Assembly: GCA_963841565.1 (NCBI GenBank)
Contig: CAWJCY010000006.1
Coordinates: forward strand, 128,001 to 192,000
DNA from: an uncultured Nitrososphaerales archaeon
Lineage (GTDB): Archaea; Thermoproteota; Nitrososphaeria; Nitrososphaerales; Nitrososphaeraceae
Direction: 5' to 3'
DNA length: 64,000 nucleotides
The position numbers and the translations under genes are program-made. The notes beneath the pieces were generated by a model. That model searched no databases. It was not told the DNA's origin and saw nothing but the letters and a program-made list of their open reading frames with translations. Position 1 is the first letter of the stretch, and the number at the start of each line of letters is the position of its first letter. Below, one piece after another: positions 20,785 through 30,371 of the stretch.

Positions 20785-22254
20785 TTATTCCGTTACGTAT
20801 GCTCTTTCTCCATGTTGTGAAAGATCCAGACCGACTTCTTCTTCTTTTGGTGTAACTCGTATTCCTCCAGGCCAAACGAGGTCCATCACCTTAATTATGA
20901 GTGCCGTAATGCCAACCGCCCATGCTAAAGCCGCAAATGCACCAATAGCATTGTTCAGCAATTGAACCGGATTTCCAAAAGCAAGTCCATCAGCTATTGG
21001 AGTGTAAATTGTCTGGGCGAATATTCCTGTTAAGAGTGCACCTGCGAGACCACCCATGCCATGAACAGCCCACGTGTCAAGTGCATCATCCCACTTTCTG
21101 CGGTTCTTGAATACTACTGCTGCGTAACAAACAAGCGATGCCGAAATGCCGATTATAATCGCCGCCATTGGCCCTACAAATCCTGAAGCCGGAGTAATTG
21201 CTACTAAACCAGCAACAGCCCCTGAAGCCGCTCCCACCGTCGACGGTCTACCCGTATGCGCCCAAGAAATTAACATCCAGGTTAAAGCCGCAACCCCAGT
21301 TGCAATCTGAGTTGCAACAAATGCGCTAGTTGCATTTGGTCCCGCTGCACCAGCTGAGCCGGCATTAAACCCGAACCAGCCAAACCACAGCAAAGCTGCA
21401 CCTAGCACTATTAGTGGAATATTGTGTGGTTCCATGGGGACTTTTCCATATCCCAATCGTCGGCCGAGCATTATAGCGATGACTAATCCAGCCCAACCTG
21501 ATGTAATGTGGATTACAGTACCTCCTGCAAAGTCCAGCGACGGTAGCGCTCCAGTCCAGCCTACAGCAGTTCCTCCTGAACCGAGAGACCAAGTCCAGTG
21601 GGCGGCAAAATCATAAACAAAGGTAGCCCAAATTACAACAAATACCACGAAAGCGCTCCACTTCATTCTTTCCGCTAAAGCCGCAACAATAAGAGCCGGT
21701 GTAATTATGGCGAACATCATTTGGAAGATCATGAACGTCGCGTGAGGTATCGTTATAGCATACACGTCTGAAGGGACATTATGCCATACGTAATTCAAAC
21801 CAGCCCAGTCAAAGTTCCCTATGAAGCCATGACCTGTTGCGTCCGGACCAAATGCCAGGGAGTATCCCCAAAGAACCCATTGAATCGTCACTAGTCCTAC
21901 AGCCATGAAAACCATATGAATGGTACTTACAGCGTTCTTGTGTCGTGCTAGGCCACCGTAGAACATGGCCAATCCAGCGGGTGTCATAACGAGAACAAGC
22001 GCAGATGCAGTAAGCATCCAGGCATTATCTCCTGAGTTTATTTCACAAGGTATCAGAAATCCATCTTCATCAAGTATATATTCACCGGTGGCTTCGTCAG
22101 TCTGAAAACAACTAAATTGGATCCCTGACTGATTTGCTGTGTACTGCTGTGCAGACGCATCATTCACTGCGCCCATAGAGACCAGTGCGCCCAAAATTGC
22201 AAGAACTGGAAAGATAGCTAACAGTCGTGACTTTTGCATTATATTGCAATCCAC
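20785..22254 (-). CDS. amt: Ammonium transporter
   Basis: GDNAWML, FQMMFAIIT, DFAGGTVIH, WFGWFGFN, DDALD...VHG. Confidence 0.97.
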   Translation of the reverse strand: MDCNIMQKSRLLAIFPVLAILGALVSMGAVNDASAQQYTANQSGIQFSCFQTDEATGEYILDEDGFLIPCEINSGDNAWMLTASALVLVMTPAGLAMFYGGLARHKNAVSTIHMVFMAVGLVTIQWVLWGYSLAFGPDATGHGFIGNFDWAGLNYVWHNVPSDVYAITIPHATFMIFQMMFAIITPALIVAALAERMKWSAFVVFVVIWATFVYDFAAHWTWSLGSGGTAVGWTGALPSLDFAGGTVIHITSGWAGLVIAIMLGRRLGYGKVPMEPHNIPLIVLGAALLWFGWFGFNAGSAGAAGPNATSAFVATQIATGVAALTWMLISWAHTGRPSTVGAASGAVAGLVAITPASGFVGPMAAIIIGISASLVCYAAVVFKNRRKWDDALDTWAVHGMGGLAGALLTGIFAQTIYTPIADGLAFGNPVQLLNNAIGAFAALAWAVGITALIIKVMDLVWPGGIRVTPKEEEVGLDLSQHGERAYVTE

Positions 22255-22687
22255 CTAGCAAGCACTATAAAAAACATAACTAGCTTTCTGTATGCGTCAT
22301 AGTTATAATAATACGGTTTGAAAGTTTCATTATTATCTGAATATTAACTTTTTATGATATTAGTTTTTGCTCAAGATCCAGACGCGCCGGTTGCCGATTT
22401 CAGCCAGCGAAATAAGTGAACATTTTCAATTGACAAAGCCAACAAAGACTCTAAAAGACAAAATCATGACAAGAGATGGAAGCCATCGTAATCGGCTAAT
22501 TGTCAGCTTATGAATAATTGGTTCACACCGAATCCACGCTATCCAATGATAGATTGAATTCCAATTATGATCCTGTTTTTGACAATAAGCAACGCCAAAA
22601 TGCACCGTTCGGTTCCTTTCCAAACAACACAACTAAATTATCGACTTCGAGTAAAGTTTAAAGCGTTAAGGACAGAAACACTAGTTC

Positions 22688-23014
22688 GTGAGTCTAAATT
22701 CTTTCTTGCAAACTGGTGTCATCTTAATGATCTTCCTTTTACCTGCAATGACATTCCTAATGTCCGTGCCTTTGCCTTTGGTGAGTTCGACAACAGGCAC
22801 AGGTACCTCAGAAGACATACCCACGGGAGCTAATGATCCAACATTGCCTCCAAGCTCAACACCTGATATGTCTAACACAACATCTGAAGACATACCCACG
22901 GGAGCTAATGATCCAACATTGCCTCCAAGCTCAACACCTGATATGTCTAACACAACATCTGAAGACATACCCCCGGGAGCTAATGATCCAACGGTATTGT
23001 TACCGAGTTCATAA
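22688..23014 (+). CDS. Small secreted/membrane-anchored repeat protein
   Basis: Hydrophobic N-terminus then about 2.5 copies of SEDIPTGANDPTLPPSSTPDMSNTT. Confidence 0.55.
   Translation: MSLNSFLQTGVILMIFLLPAMTFLMSVPLPLVSSTTGTGTSEDIPTGANDPTLPPSSTPDMSNTTSEDIPTGANDPTLPPSSTPDMSNTTSEDIPPGANDPTVLLPSS
22811..22992. repeat. 75-bp tandem repeat, about 2.5 copies
   Basis: gaagacataccc.cgggagctaatgatccaac recurs at 22811, 22886 and 22961. Confidence 0.95.
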
Positions 23015-23122
23015 ACAAACTTGTCCTGCATTCGAGCTTTTGTATATTCGACATGACGGCTTGTGCATGACATGGGCTATTTTTCGGTAGATTTTTAATA
23101 GCCTCTGGTTAACAATGAAAAG

Positions 23123-23783
23123 TTGGTTCAGGCGCCTTCTCTAGATGTTGTGAGTAAAACAAATGATCGCATCGTGTTGAGGTTTAATAATGTTCCTAGA
23201 CAATATGTTAATGCAATAAGAAGGATTTCGATAAGTGAAGTCCCCACATTAGCGATTGATGATGTGGTTATGATGGAAAACTCGTCGGTAATGCACGACG
23301 AAGCAATCGCGCATAGATTAGGATTGATTCCGCTTCGTACTGATCTGAATAGATTTGTTTTGCCTCAAGAGTGTGATTGTAACAATTCTCTCGGTTGCTC
23401 AAAATGCAGAGTGCTGCTAGTATTAGATTCTGAAGCCAATGACAAGACTAAGCTTGTTACTTCGGGAGAACTGGTCTCTGAGGACGATGTTGTTAGGCCA
23501 GTGAGTAGTGGAATTCCAATCATAATATTGGCGCCTTCTCAAAAATTAAAGTTTGAAGCATATGCCAGACTAGGATTAGGTAGCAATCATGCCAAATGGC
23601 GAGCCGACTACATGCTCAATAGTCACAGACGGGACAGAACAAAATCAATCAATATTGACTGTCGAAACTACGGGGGCGCTTACCGCGGAAGAGACAATAG
23701 ATGCGGCTATCCAGAGGTTGATTTCGAAGGTAAAAGGTTTTACCGATACTGTCGCGTCCTTGCATGTTCCCTCCAAAACTTAA
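23123..23783 (+). CDS. rpoD: DNA-directed RNA polymerase subunit D (Rpo3), frameshifted near 23600
   Basis: NAIRR..ISEVPTLAID.V...EN.S...DE..AHRLGLIP and HAKW; the homologous C-terminus (PTT...L.VETTGAL.AEE.I..A) is in the +1 frame ending 23783. Confidence 0.92.
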
Positions 23784-23832
23784 GTGAGTACATTTATTTG
23801 GGGATTCAAAAAGTAACACTCCAAGATTAATC

Positions 23833-24183
23833 ATGCTAAATGACGGTGTTATTGCAGACACAATATGGACGCTTAGAGTGGCATCCAAAAGGACTAAAGC
23901 ACCTCTCTGGAAAGATGTAGAACGCAGACTCCTTAATTCGAGAAGTAATAGACGAGAGGTAAATGTGGATAAATTATCAAAGTTTACGAAGGAAGGAGAC
24001 GTGATTATCGTTCCTGGCAAAATACTCGGTGCCGGAAATTTAGGTCATTCAGTTATAGTATATGCATATTCGATTTCAAAATTAGCTTCGAGGAAGATAA
24101 ATGAGGCTGGTGGTCAGATCCTTGCTCTTACCGACCTTATTGAAAAGTACCCTCACGGCTCGGGAGTGAGGATAATTGGATAA
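23833..24183 (+). CDS. rpl18e: 50S ribosomal protein L18e
   Basis: APLWK, R.EVNV.KL, VPGKILG.G. Confidence 0.95.
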   Translation: MLNDGVIADTIWTLRVASKRTKAPLWKDVERRLLNSRSNRREVNVDKLSKFTKEGDVIIVPGKILGAGNLGHSVIVYAYSISKLASRKINEAGGQILALTDLIEKYPHGSGVRIIG

Positions 24184-24637
24184 GAAACACCCACCGTCAA
24201 CAATTATTGTTGATATAACAAATTGCATTGCGGGTAGAACTTGTTCGCGCATTTCCAAGCTCCTATTGGAAGGTAACAAAGTATCGGTGATAAATGCTGA
24301 AAAAGCTATGATATCTGGAAACAGGTATAAAACCATAGAGATCTATAAAGAGGATCTAGAGATAAGCTCGGTCACTAACCCAATTCATGGTCCATTTCAC
24401 CCTCGTAGGCCGGATACAATATTATCAAGGATGGTCAGAGGGATGATCCCCAAACGCAAGACGAGCGGTATCGAAGCTTTCAAGCAGTTGAGGGTTTATA
24501 TTGGCGTGCCTGAAAAATTAAGCCGCGAGCAGCCAAAAGTATTTGAAGATTGTAGAATAAGAAAACCAGAGTCTTATTATATTACCGTTGGAGATGTTGC
24601 TAAACAAATTGGATGGAAGGATGAATACAATAAATGA
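24176..24637 (+). CDS. rpl13: 50S ribosomal protein L13
   Basis: IAGR..S..SK.LL.G, NAEKA.ISG, GPFHPRRPD, RMVRGMIP. Confidence 0.95.
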   Translation: MDKKHPPSTIIVDITNCIAGRTCSRISKLLLEGNKVSVINAEKAMISGNRYKTIEIYKEDLEISSVTNPIHGPFHPRRPDTILSRMVRGMIPKRKTSGIEAFKQLRVYIGVPEKLSREQPKVFEDCRIRKPESYYITVGDVAKQIGWKDEYNK

Positions 24638-25077
24638 ACAAGGTAGATCTCTATCCAGGACAGCGTAAGACAAGTAGGGCCACTGCCACCATATCAAAGG
24701 GCAACGGCAAAGTCAGGATAAACAATATTCCTGCCGAAGTTATGGAACCGGAGGTCGCAAGAGAAGTTGTGTTGGTCCCAATCCATTTGATAGGAGAAAT
24801 AAGAAATAGGATAGATCTTAGCGTAAAGGTACACGGAGGTGGATTCATGGGACAAGCCTTCGCCAGTGCAGTTGCCATTTCTAGGGCTCTGACCGGAGAA
24901 GGAAAAGGAGGAAAAGACCCTAAAGATCATCCTTTGTCAAAGAGCATTCGTGAAGAGATAAGAAGGAAAATAACAGAATATGACCGCCACTTTTTGGCTG
25001 GCGATCCTAGGCAGACTGAATCAAAGAAATTTGGCGGTCCAAGTGCTAGACGTAGAAAACAAAAGTCATATAGGTAA
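24634..25077 (+). CDS. rps9: 30S ribosomal protein S9
   Basis: RKTS.A, V.GGG..GQA, D.RQ.E.KKFGG..AR...QKSYR. Confidence 0.96.
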   Translation: MNKVDLYPGQRKTSRATATISKGNGKVRINNIPAEVMEPEVAREVVLVPIHLIGEIRNRIDLSVKVHGGGFMGQAFASAVAISRALTGEGKGGKDPKDHPLSKSIREEIRRKITEYDRHFLAGDPRQTESKKFGGPSARRRKQKSYR

Positions 25078-25190
25078 CCTAAATCCACCTTCCGTATACG
25101 TTAGACAAATAGGATTGACCTATTTGTTCTCAAGGGAAGTGAGGATAAACCCTTATCACGCTAAATCCGGTAATAGTCATTTCTGACGTA

Positions 25191-25415
25191 TTATAATGCG
25201 CTTCTACCCGATTGTTTCGTAAGATTCCTACGATCGGGAGTTAGATAATATTCTGCGAGTTTTTTTTCGTAGCAATCTCCGCAAAGATAGCCATCTCCTG
25301 CAAGATTCCACTGAGCCATCGGTTTGAAACGAAAATCTACTGCATTCTTACACCAGATACATTTTACTACATTCTTGGTCAACTTGATATTTAGCATTCT
25401 TGAATAGTAGACCAA
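25191..25415 (-). CDS. Small zinc-finger protein (CxxC...CxxC)
   Basis: KCIWCK...KPM.QWN...YLCGDCY. Confidence 0.7.
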   Translation of the reverse strand: MVYYSRMLNIKLTKNVVKCIWCKNAVDFRFKPMAQWNLAGDGYLCGDCYEKKLAEYYLTPDRRNLTKQSGRSAL

Positions 25416-25590
25416 ATTAATAGTTACTTGTTAAAAGTGAACAAAGTCTTAAAATCCTTCTCGGTGGGTATAATGTCCAATATACTTACTTTAAATCAGC
25501 AGTTGGCCATCTAGAGAAGATACGTGAGGTGTTCACCGAATTTTGGTATCAAGGATTTAATATGGGTCAGTAATTAATGAACCTGCCAAG

Positions 25591-25999
25591 ATGGGATCAG
25601 TTGGAAAAGTAGCATTTGTATCTATACTTGGTTTGGGTGCAATAACCGGAGTTTTAGTATATTATATTTTTGGTAATGCGAGCACCTGTCCCCGGAGTGA
25701 TAGAATCAATTTATCGTCAAAATTTACCTACCACGGAGGGAGCTGCGCAGGACAATGCTCAATCTTCATCTGAAGGAACCAACTCTACGTCAGCCAACTC
25801 TACGTCAGCCAACTCTACGTCAGCCAACTCTACGTCAGCCAACTCTACGTCAGCCAACTCTACGTCAGCCAACTCTACGTCAGCCAACTCTACGTCAGCC
25901 AACTCTACGTCAGCCAACTCTACGTCAGCCAACTCTACGTCAGCCAACTCTACGTCAGCCAACTCTACGTCAGCCAACTCTACTTTGTCTTCAACTTAA
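25591..25999 (+). CDS. Membrane-anchored Ser/Thr/Asn-rich protein, apparently split by a frameshift in a T5 run at 25667-25671
   Basis: TM-bearing N-terminus (25591 frame) joins [14 protein letters not shown]...(NSTSA)n in the +1 frame if one T is removed. Confidence 0.6.
25781..25983. repeat. Perfect 15-bp tandem repeat (aactctacgtcagcc)x13 plus partial copy
   Basis: Directly visible; encodes NSTSA. Confidence 0.98.
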
Positions 26000-26140
26000 C
26001 CTATTTAGAACTAACGTGCCCCCCCTAAAGATCTTAATGGCATATCGAGTGAAAATCTACAGGACTGTAAAACTAGGGCTTATTGTATGGTCCAGCGATT
26101 GATATATACTTATATTAAGCATTTCGAAGTACATAATTTA

Positions 26141-26917
26141 ATGGTCTTTCTTGAGGTTAATGACCTTCATGCAAATATCGATAATAAGGAAATACTGAAT
26201 GGACTAAATTTGAAGATTGATAAAGGGGAGGTTCATGTAATTATGGGCCCAAATGGTTCTGGCAAAAGCACATTTGCAAACGTCCTGCTTGGGCATCCCA
26301 AATACACAGTTACGGGAGGAAATGCTCTAGTTAAAGGCGAAAGTATCATGAATCTTACCACTGATGAGAGAACGAAGAAAGGTTTATTCCTTGGCTTTCA
26401 GTATCCTATCGAAATCCCAGGGGTCGGGTACAGCCACTTTTTGAGAAATGCCTATAATACATTGAACAAATCATTAGCCGACGACCAAAAAAACCGTGAA
26501 GTATTCCTTACAGTAAGAGAATTTCATGAATATGTCAAGAAGAATTTAGATTCTGTGGGCCTAGACAAATCATTTCTAAGCAGGTATTTGAATGAAGGGT
26601 TTTCTGGAGGAGAGAAAAAAAGATCTGAAGTCATGCAGATGTTGGTCCTTAAGCCAAACTTAGCGATTCTCGATGAACCTGATTCAGGCCTCGATATAGA
26701 TGCCGTAAAAGCAGTTGCAGAAGCAATCAATCAACTTATTGATACTGGTGCTGGCGTACTTGTGATAACGCACTATGCTAGGATTCTGCGGTACTTGTCG
26801 AAACTTGATTTTGTACATGTGATGTCAAGGGGTAAGATCATCAAGTCAGGGGATAAAACTCTTGCCGACGAGCTCGAATCTAGAGGATATGGCTGGCTAG
26901 GTTTGGAAGATAAGTAG
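26141..26917 (+). CDS. sufC: Fe-S cluster assembly ATPase SufC
   Basis: MGPNGSGKST, FQYP.EIPGV, NEGFSGGEKKR.E, LDEPDSGLDIDA; start placed at ATG 26141. Confidence 0.95.
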   Translation: MVFLEVNDLHANIDNKEILNGLNLKIDKGEVHVIMGPNGSGKSTFANVLLGHPKYTVTGGNALVKGESIMNLTTDERTKKGLFLGFQYPIEIPGVGYSHFLRNAYNTLNKSLADDQKNREVFLTVREFHEYVKKNLDSVGLDKSFLSRYLNEGFSGGEKKRSEVMQMLVLKPNLAILDEPDSGLDIDAVKAVAEAINQLIDTGAGVLVITHYARILRYLSKLDFVHVMSRGKIIKSGDKTLADELESRGYGWLGLEDK

Positions 26918-26948
26918 GCCTCATTAAACCCATTTAGAGTAGGATATA

Positions 26949-27650
26949 ATGGAAGTTCAACGCAAAAGGGATCAGGTCAAGACATCAAAATCTACCTTCC
27001 TCAACTATTCGTTTTTCAAACTTGACCCAAAATGGCGTTGGATGAATGAGGTGGCAAAGGAAGAGGCAGCTAAGGAATTTGCCACCCTAGTGAGTGTCGC
27101 GAACACCAAATTGCGAGTTCATACATATACAACTCTTGGCCTTCACAGCGGGACAGATTTCATGCTTTGGATGGTATCCGATTCGGTTGAAATGTTTCAG
27201 ACGTTTACGTCTAAAATCTACAGTACCATTCTAGGAAAATACATTGAACCTGCTTTCTTGTACCTTTCGTCATTCAGAAGATCTGTTTATTCCGAGAAGA
27301 TGACGCCGTCATTTATGACAGATTCTAAGCCGCTGAAATATCTAGTGGTATATCCCTTTGTTAAGTCTAGAGAGTGGTATCTTTTGCCATTTGAAGAACG
27401 TAAAAAAATGATGGATGAGCATATTACAATTGGCAGAAAATTTCCCGAGATCAAGCTGAATACATCATATTCGTATGGAATCGATGATAATGACTTTACT
27501 CTCGCGTTTGAAACGGATGATCTAACAAAGTTTCAGGATCTGATTCTCCAATTACGTGAAACAAAGGTGAGCTTGTATGTTGTGAAGGATACTCCAATGA
27601 TAGTATGCGTGCAAAAAGATATACAGAGTATTATCATGGGGCTTGGGTGA
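26949..27650 (+). CDS. Chlorite dismutase-superfamily heme protein, coproheme decarboxylase (ChdC/HemQ)-like
   Basis: YPFVKSREWYLLPFEERKKMMDEH with Tyr, Lys and proximal His; no distal Arg (IKLNTSYSYGIDD). Confidence 0.82.
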   Translation: MEVQRKRDQVKTSKSTFLNYSFFKLDPKWRWMNEVAKEEAAKEFATLVSVANTKLRVHTYTTLGLHSGTDFMLWMVSDSVEMFQTFTSKIYSTILGKYIEPAFLYLSSFRRSVYSEKMTPSFMTDSKPLKYLVVYPFVKSREWYLLPFEERKKMMDEHITIGRKFPEIKLNTSYSYGIDDNDFTLAFETDDLTKFQDLILQLRETKVSLYVVKDTPMIVCVQKDIQSIIMGLG

Positions 27651-27660
27651 GGCATCGATC

Positions 27661-28236
27661 ATGACAATATCTGCGTTAAAGGAATGGGCTATTGTATGTA
27701 AGGGATTAGAAGAAGGGAGGCAAACAATTCTGCTAAGAAAAGGCGGGATAATGGAACGTAAGCACGGTTTTGAATTGAGACATAATGATTTCTACATGTT
27801 TCCAACTTATGAGCATCAATCAAAGGATCTTTTACAGCAAGAATACGCGGATAGGTTCGAATCAATATTGCATGATAAGCCTCTAGATGATTTGAATACA
27901 ATTTACCTTTACGCAAAGGTTATCTTTATTACTGAGACATTTAGCAGGAGAATGCTTAACGGCCTAAGCGACTTTCATATATGGAACGAGAAGTACATAA
28001 TTGCAAGGATGGATTACAACCCCGAGAAACCTCTCAGTATTATATTACTTCGTGTATACAGACTGAACAAGGCCTTAAGTGTCGCTCTCAGTCCGCAACA
28101 GGCAGGCTGTAGATCATGGATCGACTTTCAATCATTAAGTTCGAAAGATTCTCAAGATAATATAGGAAAACCGGTTCTAAGCAACGATATCTTTCAGGAA
28201 AGGCAATCGCAATTAATGGAGGTACTTGATATCTAG
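27661..28236 (+). CDS. DUF1802 family protein
   Basis: ALKEWA...L..G.Q.ILLRKGGI.E, FPTYEHQ, GCRSWI. Confidence 0.88.
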   Translation: MTISALKEWAIVCKGLEEGRQTILLRKGGIMERKHGFELRHNDFYMFPTYEHQSKDLLQQEYADRFESILHDKPLDDLNTIYLYAKVIFITETFSRRMLNGLSDFHIWNEKYIIARMDYNPEKPLSIILLRVYRLNKALSVALSPQQAGCRSWIDFQSLSSKDSQDNIGKPVLSNDIFQERQSQLMEVLDI

Positions 28237-29229
28237 ATGAAATATCGTCGACTGGGGAAGAGTGGAATTATGGTAAGTGAGATAGGATTCGGCGCATGGA
28301 CAATAGCGTTGGACTGGTGGGGTGGAAAAAAGATTAACGATGAAGAAGCCATTAGGATGTTAAAGCGAGCATTTGATTTAGGCATCAATTTTTTTGAAAC
28401 GTCTGACGTGTATGGAAAGGGGAGAAGTGAAAAGCTCATAGGTGAAGCCTTTAGGGGAGTGAATCGTGATGAGGTAATCTATTCGACCAAATGGGGTTAC
28501 GATATTTATGGCGCTGAACAGGTTGGCCATAACGAACTCCCGCAGAAACATGACCCATCTTTCATGAATTATGCGTTACAAGAGAGCATAAAGAGACTGC
28601 AAACGGATTTCATAGACGTGTATAGTCTACACAACCCCAAGATGAATGTAATCCAGGATAATACTCTATTTGAGACACTTGATAGGACACGCAAAGAAGG
28701 TAAGATTAAAAGTTATGGAGTCGCCTTGGGACCGGCAATAGGTTGGAAAGAGGAAGGAACTTTGTCAATGGAAAAAAGGGATGTAACTTGTCTTCAGAGC
28801 GTCTATAATCTTTTGGAACAGGACCCCGTAAAAGATTTCTTTCAGATCGCTGAAGCTAATGACGTGGGTCTTATGGCTCGAGTTCCTGATGCATCCGGTG
28901 TGCTAACAGGAAAAGTAAACATGGATACGGTATTTGATAAGAATGATCACCGAAGTACACGAAAGAAAGAGTGGATCATTCAAGCACTGCGGAAAATAGA
29001 GTGCATAAAACCAATTGCTGATTCGTATGGCTGGACAATTACTGAATTCGCTATAAAATTCATCCTCTCCCAAAACAAGATCGCATCGGTCCTGCCAACG
29101 GTAGTCAATTTAGAAGAGATCGAATTATTCACGAACATGTCTGATGGAAAGTACTTGAGGCAGAATGACTTGGAAGCACTCTCACAGATGTATGACAAAG
29201 ATTTTTACACAACAACCATTAGAAAATAA
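28237..29229 (+). CDS. Aldo/keto reductase
   Basis: YRRLGKSG..VSEIGFG.W, ETSDVYG.G.SE, RLQTD.ID.Y.LH. Confidence 0.93.
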   Translation: MKYRRLGKSGIMVSEIGFGAWTIALDWWGGKKINDEEAIRMLKRAFDLGINFFETSDVYGKGRSEKLIGEAFRGVNRDEVIYSTKWGYDIYGAEQVGHNELPQKHDPSFMNYALQESIKRLQTDFIDVYSLHNPKMNVIQDNTLFETLDRTRKEGKIKSYGVALGPAIGWKEEGTLSMEKRDVTCLQSVYNLLEQDPVKDFFQIAEANDVGLMARVPDASGVLTGKVNMDTVFDKNDHRSTRKKEWIIQALRKIECIKPIADSYGWTITEFAIKFILSQNKIASVLPTVVNLEEIELFTNMSDGKYLRQNDLEALSQMYDKDFYTTTIRK

Positions 29230-29378
29230 GTAAAATGAGCATTTCTTGGTCATAATTCTATCTATCTCTCCGAATTTATGACCAAATAAGTAGTTGTGTT
29301 TGAGCATCAGTCTTCGAGCCTACTACCGTCTGTAAATGAATCAAACTCAAATAATGATGAGAAAAGACGGTAATGTTC

Positions 29379-30371
29379 TTACTCAAAATACTTTACTCTT
29401 TGCTTCTTGAATTCACGGGTGCTGAAAAGAATAGAATAATCCTGAATTTTCACTACTGACGACATGGTTTCGGCTATCCTTTTTGCAGCCTTAAGCGTTC
29501 TCGCATGTACCATACTAAAGAGGTTAAACGGCCAGTCCGAAAATACAGGTCTACGGTAACAATGGCTAACTTGAGGAAATGCTCCTAACTTGTGTCCCAC
29601 TTCATCGATCTTGTCGTCGGGCACTCTCCATACTACCATACCATTTGCGGAAAACCCTGCATCTCTATGACGCAGAATGGCGGCGAATCTTCGCATCACA
29701 CCTATCTGCTCGTATTCCTTTGCTTTTGCAAAGAGCTCACCTGTTGTTATTCCAAGAACTCTCGCAGACTTCGTGAATGGCTCTGACGTAGTTTCGATGT
29801 CTTCTTGCAACACACGAATAAACTTTTTGTCTATGTCGGTGGCTGTAAATTTTGCTTGACTTACGGTTTTTAATTGTTCAGTAGGTTTTGGATCAGAAGG
29901 ATCCTGGTTCAGTACATCTAACTTTACACCAATCTTGTAGAGTTTGAGTGTGGGTAATACCCTGTACTTTATGACACCGTCCAGGGAAGCCATGCGTTCC
30001 AAGTCTCGCTTCATATCACCGAATGGAGGAACTGCCAAAGTGAACCACATATTGTATTCATGGTTCCTTTCGTAATTATGGCTGACTCCGGGATGGCTGT
30101 TTACCTCATTTGCAACCTGTTCAAGCTTGTCTTGTGAAACGGAAAACGCGACCAAAGTGCTCTTATAACCTAATCGTCTGGTATCAAAGATTGCATTGAT
30201 CTGTCTTATCAGACCAATCCTTTTCAGTATCCCAATCCTTTCTAGGACTTCATCCTCAGAAATATTGTATCGTTTAGAGATTTCCAAAAAAGGTCTATCC
30301 ACTAAAGGAAATTGCCACTGGATTTCATTCAATAGTTGTTTATCCAATGAATCGATAGTTTGCAGTTGCAT
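29379..30371 (-). CDS. Siroheme decarboxylase AhbA/AhbB fusion (NirDL/GH-like, Lrp/AsnC fold)
   Basis: Two AsnC-like modules with VSHNYER..EYNMWFT and VSHCYRRP...WPFNLFSMVH signatures. Confidence 0.85.
   Translation of the reverse strand: MQLQTIDSLDKQLLNEIQWQFPLVDRPFLEISKRYNISEDEVLERIGILKRIGLIRQINAIFDTRRLGYKSTLVAFSVSQDKLEQVANEVNSHPGVSHNYERNHEYNMWFTLAVPPFGDMKRDLERMASLDGVIKYRVLPTLKLYKIGVKLDVLNQDPSDPKPTEQLKTVSQAKFTATDIDKKFIRVLQEDIETTSEPFTKSARVLGITTGELFAKAKEYEQIGVMRRFAAILRHRDAGFSANGMVVWRVPDDKIDEVGHKLGAFPQVSHCYRRPVFSDWPFNLFSMVHARTLKAAKRIAETMSSVVKIQDYSILFSTREFKKQRVKYFE

Noticed and set aside
22811-22992. 75-bp repeats as a mini-CRISPR
   Set aside because: The would-be spacers are identical and the period is an in-frame multiple of three.
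25781-25983. 15-bp array as a CRISPR
   Set aside because: Head-to-tail identical units with no spacers and no cas genes; a coding tandem repeat.
25755-26102. (QPTLR)n and antisense (ADVEL)n ORFs
   Set aside because: Alternative frames of a stop-free repeat; the NSTSA frame joins the TM-bearing N-terminus.
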